From a virus (Duplodnaviria > Caudoviricetes): a stretch of 41,598 nucleotides of DNA. The stretch spans positions 1 to 41,598 of IMG/VR virus record IMGVR_UViG_3300008954_000101, one strand, 5' to 3'. The notes under the pieces are model-generated. The model was not told where the DNA came from. It saw only the letters and a program-made list of their open reading frames with translations, and did no database searches. Every line of letters begins with the position of its first letter. The stretch's first letter is position 1. Below, in pieces: positions 36,413-41,598 of the stretch. Made by a program: the position numbers and the translations under genes.

Positions 36413-38281
36413 TTACCGCTTTCGTCTAACTCTGCTAATACTGAATGAGCCCTCATCATAATTGTTATCTCCTACCATACAGTAAATGATAGCCATCATA
36501 GAGTCTGGAGGGTGGTTAAACTCCTTACGTACTCTTTGCCTGCCGTCCTCTACTGCTCCCTCCTGTTGTTTTTCCAAGTCCTTACGGGTTAATTGCACCC
36601 AGTCCTTAACTAGCCAGTCTGTCTCCCAGTTCTTAGCATAAGGGATCATAAGTTTAGGTATAGCGATAGGATCGTCCTCTCTTGTTAATTCTCTCCATGG
36701 TTCTCTGATATGAGCACAGTCTACTTTCCAGCCTATAAAATCGACAAACTGTTGAATGATAGTAGTTTTGTCTACTTGGAATCTGCCAAGTTCTTCTCCC
36801 TCTGGCTCTGAGTCTGCTTGAATGTCCATGTGGGGCTTTGTTTCATCTGATATGGTTCTGCAGGAGTAAAATGTGGATTTTCCAAGTCCTGAGAATGGTT
36901 GATCCTGTGAGTCTCTGCCTCCGTCCTGAATAACGGGTACCATATCCTGTCCATGCCCAATATCTCCAACTGCTATATCGACTCCGTATGCTGCGAAAGT
37001 TTCTGCGATATGTCTGGCTTTGTCGTATGGGTGGTCTGTTTGGGCGATTTTTTCAATCCATGCGAGTTGATAACGCTTTGACTTCCTCCAGTGTAAGAGA
37101 ATTGCCAAAACTGTTGTAGGGGTTGTCGTGCTAGATCCGAAGTCAATACCACCCAGTACCCTGAGTTCGTTACCATATTGATTCTTGAGTTCTCTTACCT
37201 CGTCTCCTGATAAAAGGTTTAGATATTCATACGGTCTCATGCAGGCTTTGACCATTTCTGGAGTGATAGGTCTCCTCTCTGCCTTGTAGAATTTGCCCTC
37301 ACAGTGACTTAGGAATATTGACTGTGGCTGATTTTTCTCCTGCCATTCTATACTAATGTTTGATGGGATTTGATAGTCATTAACGGCACTATGAATAGTC
37401 AATGGAATAGATGGGAATATTCTTTGCGGTAGGTGGTAGCCTCTTACCTCTGTAGCGTCTGGGTTTTGTGGTATCCATTGTCCTGCTAGTATTTTCTTTA
37501 GATCCTCTGGGCTGTTATTAATTATGCCATACTCATCATAGGTTAGGTTATTTCTCCAGCCTTGATGTTCGTACTTTCGTCCTGTACTTTTGTCGGTATA
37601 ATCGCTGCTATCATCATAGATCCACTCTCTTTGATCACTTGCGAGCCAACGGTTATCCCATTCAGAGCCTGCCTCTCCTCCAATCCCCATAGTCTCAAAC
37701 TGTCCATGTGTTTGAGTAAGTGAGTAGGTAGCATGAGATACAAATTGGTAATCATGGTATTGTGTCTCGTCAAAGGCTAGATAATAATTACTCTTACCCT
37801 CTACGTTCTTGTATTCTCCCTCGTCTGTGACCATGTAGCCAACTGAGCCATTCAAGCACTCCAGAGTATCTACTGCAGCACGTCCTCCATGTGGGAGATA
37901 AGCCCTTAGATTATCATTAGCCAGCATGGTCTCACGTCTAAATCGTTGTCTACTAAATGCTGATTTGTGGGGCTCATTGTCTGCCACGTATGTGACTTCT
38001 TTGCCCTTATTGCGTAGTAGTTTGCTTGCTACCTTATCTGCAGCATAGGTAGTTTTGTGAGTCTGTCTGCCTGCGAGGATTGTCTTTGATGGGTGGTTGT
38101 CTAGGTAAATAGGTGGGTAGAATGGTATGAGATCCCATTTCCTCTCAGTGCCTCCAATGAATTTCCTATCATGGAGAGCAAACTCCCAGTCATTTTTATG
38201 TAATTTAGGTAAAACTACGGCAGCCTCTACGCTCATTCGTTTGGCTATCTTGTTAAGTTCTGTGGATATAGTACCTGTCAT
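36413..38281 (-). CDS. terL: Terminase large subunit
   Basis: Walker A variant AGRQTHKTT, Walker B YLAFDE, RNase H-fold GGIDFG...D...PDSMMA. Confidence 0.9.
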   Translation of the reverse strand: MTGTISTELNKIAKRMSVEAAVVLPKLHKNDWEFALHDRKFIGGTERKWDLIPFYPPIYLDNHPSKTILAGRQTHKTTYAADKVASKLLRNKGKEVTYVADNEPHKSAFSRQRFRRETMLANDNLRAYLPHGGRAAVDTLECLNGSVGYMVTDEGEYKNVEGKSNYYLAFDETQYHDYQFVSHATYSLTQTHGQFETMGIGGEAGSEWDNRWLASDQREWIYDDSSDYTDKSTGRKYEHQGWRNNLTYDEYGIINNSPEDLKKILAGQWIPQNPDATEVRGYHLPQRIFPSIPLTIHSAVNDYQIPSNISIEWQEKNQPQSIFLSHCEGKFYKAERRPITPEMVKACMRPYEYLNLLSGDEVRELKNQYGNELRVLGGIDFGSSTTTPTTVLAILLHWRKSKRYQLAWIEKIAQTDHPYDKARHIAETFAAYGVDIAVGDIGHGQDMVPVIQDGGRDSQDQPFSGLGKSTFYSCRTISDETKPHMDIQADSEPEGEELGRFQVDKTTIIQQFVDFIGWKVDCAHIREPWRELTREDDPIAIPKLMIPYAKNWETDWLVKDWVQLTRKDLEKQQEGAVEDGRQRVRKEFNHPPDSMMAIIYCMVGDNNYDEGSFSISRVRRKR

Positions 38282-38565
38282 TAAGTCTCAATAGGCTCCA
38301 ACACAGCAGGGCTCATAGTGCTCTGCAATACCTCTGGAGGGATTCTGTCCAGTTTACGGTTAATGTCTTTAATGTGCTGCTCTACGTATAGATTCTTTGT
38401 AAGTGTGGTCTGGGTCTGCTGCATATAGGCTATGCTTGAGGCTAATTTAATCATCATTTCTACGTCGTCGTCTCTGTCACTTAGCATAAATCGTTTCATT
38501 AGTTTATCGTGCATATTATGATTAGATTTAGAATAATGCTCTACTAGGCTTTGACCTTTAGTCAT
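38281..38565 (-). CDS. terS: Putative terminase small subunit
   Basis: Helical 94-aa gene coupled (TAATG) to terL. Confidence 0.55.
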   Translation of the reverse strand: MTKGQSLVEHYSKSNHNMHDKLMKRFMLSDRDDDVEMMIKLASSIAYMQQTQTTLTKNLYVEQHIKDINRKLDRIPPEVLQSTMSPAVLEPIET

Positions 38566-38710
38566 TAAATACTAGGGGGGTGGGGTGGTTAAATGTGTTA
38601 ATAATTAACTGTAGGAGCAAATCTGACCATAACAATACCTCGGATAATCAATCGGGGTAATATTTACGGTCAGAATGGTAAAAGGAGGTCAAAATGGGGT
38701 TTAAAAAAAA

Positions 38711-39124
38711 TTAAGCCTTGACTTCACGTCTAAAACTTAATTCGACCTCAGGTTGTCTAAGATCCCTCCTCTTATCCATGTAAGAATCACTAAAGTCCAC
38801 ACCGTCAAACTTGAACCCTTTGTAGATTTCAAGTATTTTCTCTACCTCAAGGGAGCCAAGTTTTGCGTGTCTGTAAAAGAACTTACCGCCTATACGGTCT
38901 GACTCCTCATGGTTCTCTGGGATTCTCATCATGATTGAGAGAGAATAGACCCTCTTTCTTGGATAGTCGTCATTGTCGTAGACCATGAGTTTGACAGATT
39001 TGATATTGTGCCCCTCATAGACATTCTTAATGGCTCTAAGTAATTTAGCCTCTCCTTGACGTCTACCACGGTAATGACCTGAGTATTCGTATTCGATGTT
39101 ATTTGCTTTTTGGATCATTTCCAC
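38711..39124 (-). CDS. Hypothetical early protein (stand-alone cassette)
   Basis: Promoter at 39144-39156, GTGGAAATG start, T-run after the stop. Confidence 0.75.
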   Translation of the reverse strand: MEMIQKANNIEYEYSGHYRGRRQGEAKLLRAIKNVYEGHNIKSVKLMVYDNDDYPRKRVYSLSIMMRIPENHEESDRIGGKFFYRHAKLGSLEVEKILEIYKGFKFDGVDFSDSYMDKRRDLRQPEVELSFRREVKA

Positions 39125-39144
39125 TATTCATTAGTGGTACTCAT

Positions 39145-39477
39145 TTAAATATTTAACTTACAGTCGTCCTTATGGTCTCCGAACCATTCCCCACATTCAT
39201 TGCATTTCTCATCAGACTTGATAGTCCCCATTATTCCACATTTGGGGGGGGGGGGAGTTTGAGGGGGAGAGGGGTTAGTCATGGCAATCGCACTCACATT
39301 TCTTATAGCCGTTTTTCTTGAATACTCCCTTACACATACTGTGCTGATAGTTAAAGCACCTATGGGATTTAGTTCTCTCGATTAGACTCATTTTAGAAAT
39401 ACTCCTAGAGCGTGTATGTACCACCCTGCAGCGAACATTATTGCTCCAACTATGAATAATTTAGTATCCTCCCTCAT
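39145..39477 (-). CDS. Three coupled microproteins (39388-39477 TM; 39275-39391 and 39145-39282 Cys-rich)
   Basis: Manual translation; overlapping stops and starts. Confidence 0.5.
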
Positions 39478-39899
39478 GGTGCTATCTCCACTAGGAAATG
39501 AGGTTGAGTGGCTGCCCACTTGTTATTTTTGAATTTTAGCCTATGGTCGAACCAATACATAGAATACTCTCTCTCTAATAGCCAGTGGAACCATTTTTGA
39601 TCAGTCTTACTAGGTAATAGCATAATTGAGAAATGTCCTAGTTCTACCTCCTCTATGGCTTTTTTAACGAATCTAGCCAGTAATGTATTACCGTCCTTAT
39701 CTTTTGAGCCGTTACCGTATGGGGGATTTACATAGTTCCATTTGTGCCATGATGTGATTAATCCATCTATTTTAGAGTCTGCAGGGCATGGGTCATAAAA
39801 GAAATTAGACTCCCCCCAGCCTAACTCCTTGATTTTATCAAATACCTCGTCTGGCGTAATATGAGTGTCAGACTTGCTAGGTGGCATATAACTACCCAA
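39474..39899 (-). CDS. Phage-type DNA N6-adenine methyltransferase
   Basis: TPDEVF...DPC...DGL..W...YVNPPY...LLPSKTD..WFH...RLKF. Confidence 0.85.
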   Translation of the reverse strand: MGSYMPPSKSDTHITPDEVFDKIKELGWGESNFFYDPCPADSKIDGLITSWHKWNYVNPPYGNGSKDKDGNTLLARFVKKAIEEVELGHFSIMLLPSKTDQKWFHWLLEREYSMYWFDHRLKFKNNKWAATQPHFLVEIAP

Positions 39900-40086
39900 A
39901 GTTCATCATTCTCATTTTAATGTCCTTGAGTTCCTTTTGTAGGGCTGCTATCTCTCCCTGTAGTTTGTATACGGATTTAAAATCATCATTACTGGCTCCT
40001 ACTAATTCGTTAATTTTCTTATACATAGACATGAGTGTAGGGTCTGCAGCCATCTTAATATCGCCTGCTAGGGGACTTATTGACAT
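39892..40086 (-). CDS. Coiled-coil hypothetical protein
   Basis: LQGEIAALQKELKDIK. Confidence 0.55.
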   Translation of the reverse strand: MSISPLAGDIKMAADPTLMSMYKKINELVGASNDDFKSVYKLQGEIAALQKELKDIKMRMMNFG

Positions 40087-40324
40087 AGTGTCTCCGTGTG
40101 GGATTTTCTCATAATCTCAAAACAGGTCTGGCACCATGTCTCAATACGACTATCATCTATGCTGCAGCCACATTTTAGACACATACCAAATCTGACTTTT
40201 TGAGTATTTCTGCTCATTAGTCGTCTCCCTCCTCATGTATATCGCAGTGACAACTTGGACAGGTAAACGGATAAGATACTGGCTCATAGGTAATGATTTT
40301 CAGTAGACATTCAGGACACCGCAT
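40077..40324 (-). CDS. Two Zn-ribbon microproteins (40217-40324, 35 aa; 40077-40217, 46 aa)
   Basis: CPEC..CPSC and CLKC..CQTC; TAATG coupling. Confidence 0.6.
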
Positions 40325-40572
40325 TAGTAGACCTCCCTGAATAAACACTTGATAATATCATCATAACTTTTGTTTTGTGTGGCTCTGTAATCTGTGTTAT
40401 GCTCGTCTCTGAGGTGGGTCTTTGGGGTTCTTACATCATATTTCCTGCAGAGTCTACAGAAATACTGCATTTTGTGTTTAGGGGCTACCTGTCCTGCAAT
40501 TAGTTCCTCAGGCTTTGTATCCATTAATGAAAAATCGTATTGAGGAGAGGTTGGAAATGAACCTAACGTCAA
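40324..40572 (-). CDS. C2H2 Zn-finger protein
   Basis: YFCRLC.......THLRDEH. Confidence 0.7.
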   Translation of the reverse strand: MTLGSFPTSPQYDFSLMDTKPEELIAGQVAPKHKMQYFCRLCRKYDVRTPKTHLRDEHNTDYRATQNKSYDDIIKCLFREVY

Positions 40573-40627
40573 AGTCCTCTCCCCCCCACTAAGTTTGTGT
40601 AAAATAGTGAGTAAAAAATAAGGGAAG

Positions 40628-40909
40628 TCATTTAGACTCCTCCTTGGAAATTTGGTCTACAAACTTGTAGCCTCTGTTTGGTTTCTTATTCCATTCGTCT
40701 CTCTGGACAAATAGATCCTCTACCAAATCAAATACAGATTTGTTCTCTATTTTGGCTACGTCTGCTTTGTCTCTAATGACTAGAGCGTCCTGATTACCCA
40801 TAGTGATTTCAACTGTGAAATCTTTGGTACCTATGAGGTCTTTTGGACTTGTTACGTCGCCCATTCTCATTCTGACTGAGTAGTAGGCGGATTTTTCTTC
40901 TTGACTCAT
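40628..40909 (-). CDS. Hypothetical protein
   Basis: 93-aa ORF coupled to 40906-41073. Confidence 0.6.
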   Translation of the reverse strand: MSQEEKSAYYSVRMRMGDVTSPKDLIGTKDFTVEITMGNQDALVIRDKADVAKIENKSVFDLVEDLFVQRDEWNKKPNRGYKFVDQISKEESK

Positions 40910-41073
40910 TGATCATAAACCCTCTGTAAAATTTTCCCACATACCATGCAGTCCACTTGGACAAAATCACATTTTGGGATTCTAAATGGCATTGTAGGGT
41001 GTAAATGGCGACATAAATCGCCTCTAGCGTAATTTTTTCTGGCTAATTCTAATTCTTTAGATACGGTACTCAT
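40906..41073 (-). CDS. 55-aa Zn-binding microprotein
   Basis: LCRH...CMVCG; TATA near 41102-41108. Confidence 0.55.
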   Translation of the reverse strand: MSTVSKELELARKNYARGDLCRHLHPTMPFRIPKCDFVQVDCMVCGKILQRVYDQ

Positions 41074-41150
41074 TTCCTTACATTCCTAAAAACTAATACT
41101 TTATTTAAGCATTTACATATTAAATCAATTAACTAAATAAATAAAAAAGG

Positions 41151-41333
41151 TTAGTGGGTTTTTTTCCACTGCTCCATTAATGCCTCAAATTCCTCCTGAG
41201 ATTCCTTTGTGTATTCATGGGGCTCGTCTACTCTGTTTTTCACTGTGTCCTCATACTGGGTGCATTTACACTCACAGGATTTGCCTTGGCACTGATAGTG
41301 TCGTGATTTGTTACACGGGCTGCAGCGTTTCAA
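41151..41333 (-). CDS. Cys-rich protein
   Basis: CSPC...H.QC....CECKC. Confidence 0.6.
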   Translation of the reverse strand: MKRCSPCNKSRHYQCQGKSCECKCTQYEDTVKNRVDEPHEYTKESQEEFEALMEQWKKTH

Positions 41334-41539
41334 GGTTGATATGTAAACTCCCTATTCTGTGTTGAATAGTGGATATTTGGGTACTGCTCAAGATAGGACA
41401 TATACTCTCTAGCAAAGGTCTGATCAGATATGTGCATACGACTAATTAGCACTCCTCGTTTGATTTTTCCCTCAGTCATTACTAATGAGCAGAAAATTTT
41501 ACTCCTAGCCTCTCCTGCAGCCTCTTTATTCACGTTCAT
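41330..41539 (-). CDS. Winged-helix-like protein
   Basis: GKIKRGVLISRMHISDQTFARE. Confidence 0.55.
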   Translation of the reverse strand: MNVNKEAAGEARSKIFCSLVMTEGKIKRGVLISRMHISDQTFAREYMSYLEQYPNIHYSTQNREFTYQP

Positions 41540-41598
41540 AAGTCATGTGTGTGTGTCTGTGTTATTAATATTATCATTGTAAATTAAAATTAACAAAA

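Noticed and set aside
38566-38700. pac/cos site or ORB-type origin at the G-rich intergenic region before terS
   Set aside because: The position is suggestive, but I see no ORB consensus or repeat structure.
367-41365. Plus-strand ORFs in the track (except 28491-28691) and nested minus-strand alternative frames
   Set aside because: They are shadows of longer motif-bearing genes and lack promoter or RBS signals.

Overview
This looks like a near-complete or complete ~41.6 kb genome of a tailed dsDNA virus (Caudoviricetes, HK97-fold head), with essentially all genes on the minus strand. An archaeal host is inferred from TATA-type boxes ~22-25 nt before apparently leaderless starts, oligo-T terminators directly after stop codons, GGAGGTG RBSs on internal genes and many CxxC microproteins. 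A thaumarchaeal host is a guess only. Minus-strand order: small regulatory/Zn-finger genes and an adenine MTase; terS, terL; sulfotransferase-like genes; portal; a zincin protein; a RelA/SpoT-domain protein; a MuF-like/prohead-protease fusion; a ~5 kb array of promoter-gene-terminator cassettes; MTase and glycosyltransferase; scaffold, cement and major capsid; membrane and metalloprotease genes; fibre/RBP genes; neck and tail genes; RHH, wHTH and nuclease genes. I could not recognise a polymerase, helicase, primase or integrase. Best leads: (1) a putative head-packaged effector set (an alarmone-synthetase-like enzyme and a metallopeptidase sharing an N-terminal tag just after a predicted prohead-protease site); (2) a regulon of ~11 cassettes sharing a palindromic promoter, likely early/anti-defence, with a candidate RHH regulator; (3) a 79-nt structured RNA starting exactly at a late-promoter start position and displaying anti-Shine-Dalgarno motifs. 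All family calls come from motif recognition by eye, not database searches.
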